Below, piece by piece: positions 24,896 through 35,169 of a stretch of DNA of 38,102 bases. The notes beneath the pieces are model-generated. The model had not been told where the DNA came from, did no database searches, and was given only the letters and a program-made list of their open reading frames with translations. The position numbers and the translations under genes are program-made. Each line of letters begins with the position of its first letter. Position 1 is the stretch's first letter. Source of the DNA: Octopus bimaculoides (taxonomy: Eukaryota); NCBI RefSeq assembly GCF_001194135.2, contig NC_068985.1:91927916-91966017 (forward strand), written 5' to 3'.

Positions 24896-25074
24896 TCGAA
24901 AAATACCTTAGGAATGAGAACCCACGTTCGAAATTTCCCCAAGACACCTGACGAAGGCTGGAGGGTATATCAGCCGAATGTTGTGTTAACAACAAACAAG
25001 ATAAGGACACATATCCATCAAATGTAAATAAGGTAAATAATGTACATAATTCCTCATCTCTTAAATATTGAACT
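24711..25074 (+). mobile_element. Full-length family C element: tRNA-like head + (AAT)n + Penelope-type body and tail
   Basis: A box ggcatagtggttaag (24714), B box gagttcgattc (24756), (AAT)n 24781-24893, body acatcgaaaaataccttaggaatgagaaccc...gacacctgacgaaggctgg...cagccgaatgttgtgtt, tail aatgtaaat units and cctcatctcttaaatattgaactg. Confidence 0.85.
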
Positions 25075-25136
25075 GCTTATTTTAATGTTAAGCGTTTTGT
25101 ACATGCCTTTTTTTTTTTTTGTCTTCTATAATCTTT

Positions 25137-25621
25137 TCATGTGTTTGCAGTTGCAATGAAGTGTTCTTCATTTAATAGCATTGATTTGCAAGCGAGCAAT
25201 TCTTCCANNNNNNNNNNNNNNNNNNNNNNNNNNNNNNNNNNNNNNNNNNNNNNNNNNNNNNNNNNNTTTTTCTTCATCTTTAAAGCTGCGGCAAAATTGT
25301 TTTGTATGTTCATGTTATTTGTGGAGGTGGTGGTGGTGGTGGTGGTGGCAGTGGTAGTGGCAGTAGTGGAGGCGCTGTTTGTAGTAGTAAGCGCTGTTGT
25401 CTTTAGTCTATCTTTATCCATCATACAGCTTTCCTTGTTCGTATTTTCTACGGCCAGACTGGCGTTGTCGTGTGTGACTGCATCGTTCAGTTGTGTGTGT
25501 GTTTATGTGTGCGTGTGTGTGTGTGAGCAAGAGAATTAATGTTGTTTTTACCTTCCCTTGCCTTCGGTAGCGGAGGGAATTCACTAAGACAAACGCTGGC
25601 TTCTTCGTCACATTTAACCAT
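25137..25621 (-). CDS. Candidate low-complexity (Thr/Asn-rich) coding exon, frame-disrupted at a CA repeat and crossing a gap; product unknown
   Basis: Strong pyrimidine-rich acceptor ttttgttttgtcattttcacttag|AAAATG. MVKCDEEASVCLSEFPPLPKARE... stops at 25487, and a second frame reads QLNDAVTHDNASLAVENTNKESCMMDKDRLK-polyT-NNFAAALKMKK-gap-EELLACKSMLLNEEHFIATANT*. No homology recognised. Confidence 0.35.
25208..25266. other. Assembly gap
   Basis: N run inside the candidate exon. Confidence 1.
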
Positions 25622-25834
25622 TTTCTAAGTGAAAATGACAAAACAAAAGCTGATGAAAAATGTTAAATTTGGAAAAATTCCCCCGGAGGAGGAATTTTCT
25701 AGTAAAAGATTTGCTTAGGTCAAAGCAGAATATGTTAAACACGTCTTTGACAAAAACATGTTTAAAAACAAAGACTTGTTTGCATACAAATATATCAAAC
25801 TTAGGAGGAGCCGATGTGACAACAATCCATTCAG

Positions 25835-26032
25835 ATAGAGAGGGAGGGAGAGAGAGGGGGAGAGATTGGTAGGTAGCAAGATAGATAGATAGATAGATAG
25901 ATTGATAGATAGATAGACAGAGAGAGAGAGAGGGGGTGAAGGAAAAAGGGAGTGAGAGAGGGGGAGAGATATCGGTAGGTAGGAAGATAGAAAGATAGAT
26001 AGACAGGCAGACATACAGACAGACAGACAGAC

Positions 26033-26096
<64 letters not shown>
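25835..26096. repeat. (GA)n/(GATA)n/(GACA)n compound microsatellite
   Basis: Direct reading. Confidence 0.95.
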
Positions 26097-27104
26097 CATT
26101 TTTGGATTGATGTAGAATAAAGAAAATGGAGATGTTACATGGTTGTTTCAGTATAATATGGCCGTTTTATGTAATGTATTTTTCGTTTTATTAGGCGAGT
26201 AATGATATGTTCATGTTTTACTTGTATATTTATTTCGATTTGCTCTGATTGATTGAAGTTCGGCATTTATTTCTGGAGATATGCGTGTGTGTGTGTGTGT
26301 GTCTATTTGTAATTATTTGTCTTTGCGTGTGTGAACAAGTTATATCAGGTGATTAGATACATGGGTAGAAATGTGTTATTGTTTAAAAGAAGAGTTCATA
26401 CGTCACAGTTTATATGGAATGGACAAAAGACAAAGGTTGGAAGAGTTGAATGAGTGTTGGAGCATGTAAGTTTGGGTCAGGGATGGGGAAAATTAATTCG
26501 AGAAAATGTAATTTGCGGAATAATAGAATCTATATCGGAAATATATTTATCTCTGGTAGAGACGTCTGATTAAGGAAACCAGTTATAGAGTTTAGAAAAA
26601 GAGTTCAAATGTCAGAGGTTATATGAAATAGACAATGGACTATGGCCAAGAAGCATGCAAGTGTATGGGGGAATGTGTGTGTACGTGTTTGAGCGCGTGC
26701 GAAATGCGTTGGGTTTCTCTGTGTAGTTAGTTTGGGGGATAAAGGGATGCAGAGCAGAACTGATTCTGAGTTTTTCATGAAATTTCCTTTGTTGATGAAG
26801 TGGATTTCTGCAGAAACTAAAGCTACAATCCAAATTTCAGGAACGATGATGGATGAGCGAGAGAGGAAATTACGAGGGGGATAAAGCCGTGATATGAGAA
26901 TTTGGGGAAATATGGGAGGGTCTTCGAAGAATAGGTTATCGCAAACAGCCTTATGTAACGGGTCGAGCTAACAGTTTAAGTGCGACATTTCATTGAGGGA
27001 GAAGAGAAAACAAATCCATCGTTGATGGGATTGGTTTGAAACCATCTTTACCAAGAAGGAAAATTTAAGGAATTTAAATTCTTTTAATCTTTAGATGGTC
27101 GTAG

Positions 27105-27133
27105 GACTGCGGCTATGCTACAGCACCGCCTTA
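27105..27133 (-). mobile_element. SINE family B terminal fragment, reverse orientation
   Basis: gactgcggctatgctacagcaccgcctt is the reverse complement of the aaggcggtgctccagcatgaccgca tail. Confidence 0.6.
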
Positions 27134-27184
27134 ACTTATTTTCTATTGGATCCGCTGTCGCTTTATAGCAGAAATTTGATCTGT

Positions 27185-27246
<62 letters not shown>

Positions 27247-27420
27247 TAATAACTACAACAAAAGCAACATCAAAAATACCGTAGGAATGAGAACCCAGGT
27301 TTGAAATTTCCCCAAGACACCTGATGAAGGTTGGAGTGTGTACCAGCCGAAACGTTGTGTTAACAACAAACAAGATAAGGACAAATATCCTTCAAATGTA
27401 AATAATGTAAATAATGTTAA
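27185..27420 (+). mobile_element. Family C element lacking the tRNA head: (AAT)n + Penelope-type body
   Basis: (aat)n then aacatcaaaaataccgtaggaatgagaacccaggtttgaaatttccccaagacacctgatgaagg...aacaacaaacaagataaggacaaatatcc...(aatgtaaat)2. Confidence 0.88.
27316..27361 (+). ncRNA. Minimal type-I hammerhead ribozyme motif (Penelope-associated type)
   Basis: Stem I GACAC(27316-20)/GTGTT(27357-61); core CTGATGA(27321-27) plus an extra A; stem II GGTTGG/CCAGCC; GAAA(27349-52); loopless palindromic stem III (AACGTT); predicted cleavage triplet GTT(27354-56). Activity untested. Confidence 0.7.
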
Positions 27421-27500
27421 TGATGCATGTAAAGATACGTAATTGCAAATATCTTTTTAATTCTACGATTACACATAGTTTCAACAATTTTCTTTTCTCT

Positions 27501-27710
27501 AAAGGCGACGAGCTGGCAGAAACGGTAGCACGCCGGGAGAAATGCTTAGCGGAATTTCGTCTGTCTTTACGTTCTGAGTTCAAATTCTGCTCCTGACGAC
27601 TTTGCATTTTATCCTATCGGGGTCGATAAATTAAGTACCAGTTGCTTACTCATCGACTGTCCCCTCCCCAAAAATTTAGGGCCTTTTGTCTAGAGTAGAA
27701 AACATTATTT
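27501..27710 (+). mobile_element. Near full-length SINE family A
   Basis: aaggcgacgagctggcagaaacggtagcacgccgggagaaatgcttagcgg...gttctgagttcaaattc...cggggtcgataaattaagtaccagtt...agagtagaaaacattatt. Confidence 0.88.
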
Positions 27711-28200
27711 TCTTTTCTCATAAATCGGGATACTGATGACGGTAACAGCTGCCCGATGTAGCAGAAGCCATCATCTAGCAGCCTTCGTGTAACTTGGGAG
27801 AGAACTCAAAAGAATCTGTGTGAATAGTTAAGCAGTGTTGATTCCTTAGGGTACCTCTAAAATATTCACTTGTTAACGCTTAATAGGTACTGAAGAATAT
27901 CAAATACTAAAAACATGTCCTCACAGTACATTGCGAGGTTTACACAAATTATTAAGGGGTTAAATAGCTTTTGATAGGTGGAGACAGGAATGTCACCTCA
28001 TAACAAAGAAAACGAACTGTCAACAATAGAAAACCAACAGAAGTTATATGGATTATGCCAACTAGCCCCAGCATTTTCCCCACGTGTACATTTCGTGATA
28101 TGAAAATGTCAAACCAGCTGAAGAATTCATCAATCCTAAGTAATATCTCCGACTATTGTGTCGAATACCTGCGTCTTTGTATGGTAAACTTTACTTGTCG

Positions 28201-28225
28201 TTCTCTCTCTCTCTCTCTATCTCTA

Positions 28226-28276
<51 letters not shown>

Positions 28277-28695
28277 NNNNNNNNNNNNNNNNNNNNNNNN
28301 NNNNNNNNNNNNNNNNNNNNNNNNNNNNNNNNNNNNNNNNNNNNNNNNNNNNNNNNNNNNNNNNNNNNNNNNNNNNNNNNNNNNNNNNNNNNNNNNNNNN
28401 NNNNNNNNNNNNNNNNNNNNNNNNNNNNNNNNNNNNNNNNNNNNNNNNNNNNNNNNNNNNNNNNNNNNNNNNNNNNNNNNNNNNNNNNNNNNNNNNNNNN
28501 NNNNNNNNNNNNNNNNNNNNNNNNNNNNNNNNNNNNNNNNNNNNNNNNNNNNNNNNNNNNNNNNNNNNNNNNNNNNNNNNNNNNNNNNNNNNNNNNNNNN
28601 NNNNNNNNNNNNATATATATATATATATATATCTTTCTTTCATTCCCTCCCTTTCTCTGCCCTTCTCTCTTTCTCTCTCTCTCTCTCTCCCTCGC
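28201..28695. repeat. (CT)n and (TA)n microsatellites around the assembly gap at 28277-28612
   Basis: Direct reading. Confidence 0.95.
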
Positions 28696-29800
28696 TCTAT
28701 CACTGTCTAGCAATGCTGGTTGTGTGTCATCAACAGTCTGTCATATTTCTTTCTTCTCTCTTCTACTCCACTCTCAAGATTGCCAAACAGTGAATATCGT
28801 ATTTAAAACTTTCGAACAGACCATCGCATGTACTGTCAAGCAATCTGATGAACCACAATAACAAAACAATCCAGTACATATTACAAGTTATGTAAAGTGT
28901 TTAACAGTTCATATAAACAGTCCACCAGCATTACATTACAACAACGTTTGACAAAGAGAGGGAGACACAAAAAGGGGAGGGGAAGAGAGAAATTTAACAT
29001 AATGTTCCAATATTAGACATGATATTCGAAGATGTTGATCAGTGCCAGTAAATTATTTGGACGCGTGCCTGCTTAGTTAGGTTCATATCACTGAAGCTAC
29101 ACGCATGAAAAATCTCATGGCTGGTTGGAAGAATTAATATCAAACATCACAGCGTAATTCTCGTTGTCGTGCCGTTGTTATTTGTTTCTTTAGTTTCTTT
29201 GCTATGACGACGGCATTTTTACGCCGAAATATCAACATTTATTTTAGATATTGAATAACTTATGCAAATTTTACACAATTCTTTTCCGAATTGTCGGTCT
29301 TGCATCAATCGCTGAACCTCTTACTATTATTATCATTAATTGTTGTTATTACAATCAGTTCATTCCACATACGTATACATAAATACACATACGGGCACAT
29401 GCAGTAAGTAGGTAGGAAGGTAAGCAGGCAGACAGGCAGTTATTTATGTATATCTGTTGGTAGGTAGATGACTAGGTAGGAAGGTAGGTAAACGGTTGTA
29501 GTTTTTGTTTTGTTGCAAAAGATCAACTTATGCTCACATGCCTCCCAACCCATCTTCTTAAACACATGATCATCCATCCCATCTCGTCAATCAGGCTACA
29601 TCAACAGGAACATCAATACATAGGCCTTTGTCTCCTTCTAAAACAATCAGACTTTATGCTTTTTTTTTTTTTCAGGTCATTAACAACCGAATACAAATTG
29701 TCTCATATAGTAAATGTTATAAAGCCTTAGGTTCCGTTTCCGAGTCTACAAAGCACTAAGTTCCGTGGAGCCTTATCTTTCTTTCATTCGTGTGTGCGTA

Positions 29801-29841
<41 letters not shown>

Positions 29842-30035
29842 AAGGAAAATGCCCCTTGTATTTGAATACTATGCAAATATTCTTTTAAATAAATTTTCAT
29901 TTAACTTTTACAAAATTTAATTGTTTTCCATACTTAGAGTTGAAAAAGTCTCAATGACAGAAACTGGTACTAAAATGTTTTTTGTGATAACATTATTTAA
30001 ACATTTTTTACCTTATATGTATATACAAGGAAAGT

Positions 30036-30199
30036 AAGGTGCAGGGGTGGTTGTGTAGTAAGAAGCTTGCTTCTCAGCCACATGGTTCTGGATTCAGCCC
30101 CACTGCGTGACACCTTGGGCAAGTGGCTTCTACCATAGCCTCGGGCCTACCAAAGCCTTATTAGTGGATTTGGTAGACAGAAACATAAATAAGCCCGTC

Positions 30200-30236
<37 letters not shown>

Positions 30237-30425
30237 GTGTTTGTGTGTATGCGTTTGTCAACCAATGTTGGTGTGTCTACATCCCCGTAATCTACCGGTT
30301 AAGCAAAGGAGACTGATAGAATAAGTACTAGGTTTACAAAAATAAGTACTGGGGTTGATTTGTTCGATTAAAGGCGGTGTCCCAGCATGGTCGCGTGCAA
30401 ATGATTGAAACGAGTAAAAGAATAC
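30036..30425 (+). mobile_element. Near full-length SINE family B with internal (TA)n
   Basis: aggtgcaggggtggttgtgtagtaagaagcttgcttctcagccacatggttctggattcagccccactgcgtgacaccttgggcaagtg...ggggttgatttgttcgattaaaggcggtgtcccagcatggtcgc. Confidence 0.9.
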
Positions 30426-30436
30426 AAGAATTAAAG

Positions 30437-30499
30437 AATGTGTGTGTATGTGCGTGTGTGTTTGTGTGTTTGCGTGTGTGCGTGTCTGTTTCTCTGTGT

Positions 30500-30530
<31 letters not shown>

Positions 30531-30615
30531 CGTGCCTGTTTTTTATGCGTGTCCGCGCAAGTGTGTGTGATTGTGTTTGTGAGCATGTGTGTGTGTATTC
30601 GCGCGTGCGTGTGCT
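30437..30615. repeat. (TG)n microsatellite
   Basis: Direct reading. Confidence 0.95.
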
Positions 30616-33308
30616 AACAGTTATGTCGTTATAAATTATTCTTTGTTATTTTACTATTAGATATTCACTGGAACTTGTTTTGAATTTGTTTTGTACCTTA
30701 TTGCTCAGTGGTGGCTTATTATTTTATACTCGGTTGTTTCTTTGTGTTTTAGTTAGAACCGATGTGAAGAGAGCGGGAATGTGATTAACCAGATTAGGAT
30801 GACGATGTTAGTCTGGCGATGGAACTACTTCAACTCACAACACATTTCCTGTGCAATTGCTAAATATTTCACATGGAACAACAGGATACGTTTAATGACT
30901 GTTTGGATTTATTTATGAAACAACGAAACCTTGGTTTTAATGGAAACATTATATCTAAATTTATGTGTGGAATTTATCCCTCCTAAAATTACGCTTGAAT
31001 TAATCTCAGTTTGAATTTAACAGTGTTCAATAAATTCTATTGCGTTTTGTCTTTAAATTTAAATTTCTAACTAAAAGCAATTTGTTGCTCAAATTACTCA
31101 ACAATGAATATTTATTGTATAGATTAAGTTAGAAACTTTGTCTGTCATTAGTTAAACAGAACAATTATGATTCATTAGTTATTGGCGGATTTAAAAGAAA
31201 ATCCTTATTTGAATTCAAATATCCTTTAATATTCATTTTGGGACGCGATTTTGATGCGCAATTTAGAAATCTTCATGCGTTTAATTGTGCGATTAAGCCA
31301 TTTATGAAGCTTCGAAGAGCGAAGAACTAAATATTTTTTCAATCGATTGTCACGTTGATGATACTAAAATTGTGCAGAAGCTTGTTCAGGCATTCTTTGT
31401 TTATGATGTCTGTTTTTTCCAGTTTTTATTTTCATTATTTTTCTCCTCTCACCACTCTCTCTCTCTTTCTTTCTTTTTCTTTCTCCCTCTTCCCCCCTCT
31501 CTTCCTCTCTCTCCTCTTTATTTCTCTTTTCTTTGGTTATTCACAGTATCTTAATGTCAGCTTTTTCAAACCTGTTTTTAAGTCTAAACCACGCATCATA
31601 GTAGAAGCTAATTGATACCTGCATAGGAACCAACTACTATAACATTAGTTCTCGTACAAAACTCAACACTACATCAGATTATGATGAGAAAATATCGATG
31701 ATGGAGTGTATGATTATTACTGATGCATATTCTAGTGTCAATTATGTTTTATCACCCGAAACTGTGATTAACTAAATCTCTGTTGTATCAGATTTACGCT
31801 CGCTCAATTTATTCGAGGTTTTATGTTGCTTTCAATCAGTCATCAGATCTCCATTTTGAAATAATTGCATAGTTAATGTATTAGAATTTGTGAAGCTTTG
31901 CATATGACTCTCCATCATGTCAAAGTAATTATGTTTCTTAAGAAGAAACATTTTAATTATTGTATTTATAGATATACTTTCTGGATAATTTATGAAATAC
32001 TTGTACGACTGACTTTCATTATTGCAATATTTACCTCTCAGCTATATAAACTCACAGATAGTAGATATCAATTTCCAGTTTTGTCATTATATCTTTGTTA
32101 TCGCCTACAGTGCAGTCAGATAATGTTATAGGAGACGATTCAATCGTTTATTAAATTTCGACAGCGCATTCGTTCATCACCTTAGAAAGAAAGCAACCGC
32201 CACTTATCTTATCGGCAATTGCACTACATAATTATTGTGAATGTTATATTTGTGAGATGGTTTCATGAAACATATCTTACAAAGGAATATTAACTAGCTG
32301 TTATCTGGAAGTGCTTGGGAATACAAATGCAACGAGTTATTTGACAACTCAATGTATTCAACGTCTATGATGCTTCTTAAGGTTTATGAAGTTTCTGTAT
32401 AAACAAGAAATCTCAGCTTGCATAAAACAGGATCTGCAATCATTGAAAATTCCATTGGAATTCTGAGTAATAATGATGAGAAATTAATTAATTAGTGCTG
32501 CAGAATTTTACGAGGAAGTTCTTTTTTTTTCATTGAAATTGCAAAACTCTGCAGAACATAAACGGGAAATAAGAGATTACGCACACAATATGGCATTGTA
32601 ATCAAAAGGATAGCATTTTAATGCGATATATTTTTAATATCCCTTCGTCTGAAGATAATAGGCAGTATGGCCACTTTTCCGGACTCTCTTACATCGTGTA
32701 ATAAGAGACTTTCAAGGAAATACGTTGTTATTTCGGTCTAATGTTCAAATTCAACTCTTGAAATGAACGGAAGAAAGCGTTCTAAAATGGCAAGCAGCTC
32801 TTGGAAACAAGAATTTAATCAAGTATTGAGTATAACTTTAATAACTTAGAGATGTTTTGACCAAAGATTGGTGCAGACTATGTCTAAATTAAGGATGAGG
32901 ATTAGTTAGATCCTTTTAAAGTCAAGTTTTGTGGTATCATGGTCCATTAGAGTAGGGAGTTCTTGTTGAGTGAGTTATATCCAGGTATAGGTGGATTATA
33001 ATACCAGATAAGCCACCTATAGAAGAAATGAAGAAATTTGTCCAGATTCCGTCTAAAGCTAATGGGTTCTTTTTCCTCTTTGATCTGTTTCAATGTTAAA
33101 TAGGGCAGGGCCTGTTGAAGAAAAGAAATCTATGATGCTGTGTATTGAAGTGCTGTGATCCCGAATTGAGTAGGAGACGCATGGCGCGTAGTCCTACCCT
33201 TAGATAAATTTTCAATTATATGTGCTAAGAGAAATACAATAAGGTGAACATGGGGTAAAATGACAATTAATGTATGCCACAAGGCGAATGTCAAAACGAT
33301 TCATGTTT

Positions 33309-33532
33309 AAGGCAGCGAGCTGGTAGAATCGTTAGCACGCCTGCCAAAATGATTAGCATCATGTCACAAGGTTTTACGTTCCGAGTTCAAATTCCACCGA
33401 GATCGGCTTTGCCTTTCATCCTTCGGGGAGTCGATAAAACAAGTAGCAGTTGAACACTGGGGCTCGATGTAATCGACTTAACCCCTCGCCTGAAATTTCT
33501 GGCCTTTGTGCCAAAATGTGAAATCACTATAA
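33309..33532 (+). mobile_element. Near full-length SINE family A
   Basis: aaggcagcgagctggtagaatcgttagcacgcc...gttccgagttcaaattccaccgag...ctttgcctttcatccttcggggagtcgataaaacaagtagcagttgaacactgggg. Confidence 0.85.
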
Positions 33533-34384
33533 CGAATAATATAACACGCACACACGCACACACACACGCACACACACACAAAATCACTAATAGAAACATA
33601 CATTCATAATAACTATATGTATATATAGAAATATGTGTGTGTGTATGCATGTGTGTAATGAAGTGTTAGTATAGTTCTGGCATGTAGTAGGCTCTTATAC
33701 TTTGATTCGTCTGTCCATGCGAATCAATCCATTCACTTGATAACAATTTGTGTCCCGGTTTACTGTTGATCGTTTCCGGCCACGTAATTTATCATCAGTG
33801 CTGGCTCCGAGTCTTCGGACTATCTGTGCCCATGGATATTGCCACTGGTGCTCTCTCTCTCTTTTTATCTACCTCTCTCTATATATATCTCCAAATCGAA
33901 TACCTTGTTCTCCAAAAAGGGTATCAAGAACCATTCACAGCGTCTCCTCTTCTTCAGAAATTGATAACGATTGATCTAGAAGTTAGCAACTTCTCTTAGC
34001 TAACTTTCTATTTTATTAGAACTTTGGAAGAAGGAGAAAGTACAATTTTACTCATTTTATGAAATACATAAATACTATTCAGAACGTATATTGTGGGAGA
34101 AATATTTAACGTGTTTGTAATTGGAGTCAGTATGTGCTACAAAACAAAACAGAGCAAAATGAACTTTTGTGAACCAAATAAAAGAATCCCAACAAATACA
34201 ATTACAATTGATATCATACGTGCTTCATGTGTTTATTACTGTGAAAATGTATTGTTTAAATAAAACAGACCCATATGAAAGTCGGAAACAAACGAGCGTT
34301 CGATACAGACAAAAGAGAATGAAATACAAACAAAACTGAACGAATTTTTAATTCAAAGCTTAATAAAACGAACATGATATATTC

Positions 34385-34455
<71 letters not shown>

Positions 34456-34900
34456 GTGTGTGTGTATGTATAAACAAACCATTTTTATGTTCATAGGATA
34501 AATCAATCAGGAACAAAAAGGATAAATGCAGCCAAGACAAAAATGACTATGCGATGAGATAAATATATCAAAGCTATTATAAGAGTGGGTTAATTAACTT
34601 AAACTGATAATATTTAACTAGAAACAGATACGGATATCATTCAAATAATACAACACATTCCCTGCATAAACACCAGCCAATAATACAACAAAACGCTGCG
34701 ACTTTACATATTTAATATCCAGTACTATAACACCAAATAACTTAGACAGTTTATATTTCACACAATTTCCATCGCAAAGCTTAACACAACACACACACAG
34801 TGTATATATTCTATATAATTAGCGGCTGATGCAAAAATAATCCTAATCACGCAGCACTTACAAAACTGAAACATCGCCCAGCAAATTAGCAACAGTCTCT

Positions 34901-35125
34901 TTAGATATAGATTAAAGAACAGACGAAAGAATAAAATAATAGCCGATATATAGGGGCAGGCGTGACTATAGGTGCAGGCTTGGCTATAGGCGGCTCAGTT
35001 GTGGCTATAGGCGCAAAGACGGCTTTGGGCACTGGCGCGGCTATAGGTGAAGTTGTAGCTATAGGCGCAGGCTTCGCTATAGATGCATGCTTGGTTATAG
35101 GCACAGCCTTGTAGTCATGCCCCAT
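34901..35125 (-). CDS. Hypothetical 74-aa Pro/Ala/Ile/Thr-rich ORF built from the 18-bp repeat
   Basis: ATG in an AAAAC-ATG-G context; PAPI/PIA hexapeptide repeats; no homology recognised, and it may be non-coding. Confidence 0.25.
   Translation of the reverse strand: MGHDYKAVPITKHASIAKPAPIATTSPIAAPVPKAVFAPIATTEPPIAKPAPIVTPAPIYRLLFYSFVCSLIYI
34947..35114. repeat. Degenerate GC-rich 18-bp-period tandem repeat (gctataggcgcaggcttg-like)
   Basis: The TATAG anchor occurs at 34949, 34967, 34985, 35006, 35042, 35060, 35078 and 35096 (spacings 18,18,21,36,18,18,18). Confidence 0.85.
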
Positions 35126-35136
35126 GTTTTGTTTTA

Positions 35137-35169
35137 TTGAGGCTCAAAACTTTTCATACACCCCTCGTA
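35137..35169. mobile_element. Solo Tc1/mariner-type terminal inverted repeat with TA target dinucleotide
   Basis: The reverse complement is TA-CGAGGGGTGTATGAAAAGTTTTGAGCCTCA, matching the mariner terminal pattern TA-CGAGG...AAAAGT; no partner TIR seen in the window. Confidence 0.55.

Noticed and set aside
25783-25802. Partial match to miR-190 (gtttgatatatttg on minus)
   Set aside because: The seed region differs and there is no precursor hairpin.
26871-26890. tacgagggggataaag as the partner mariner TIR
   Set aside because: Similarity ends after about 10 nt, and it lies 8 kb from the 35167 TIR with no transposase remnant recognised between them.
27733-27760. CTGATGA as a hammerhead core or snoRNA box C (also 8806, 19299, 25650, 28846)
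   Set aside because: None has a paired stem II followed by GAAA and a stem I partner, and no convincing D box or terminal stem was found.
31530-31552. Partial match to miR-9 (tctttggttat)
   Set aside because: Only the first 11 nt match, in a pyrimidine tract with no hairpin.
33904-33975. 72-nt open minus-strand exon candidate (INRYQFLKKRRRCEWFLIPFLENK); similar short candidates at 19270-19332
   Set aside because: Short open exon-like matches are expected by chance, and no homology was recognised.
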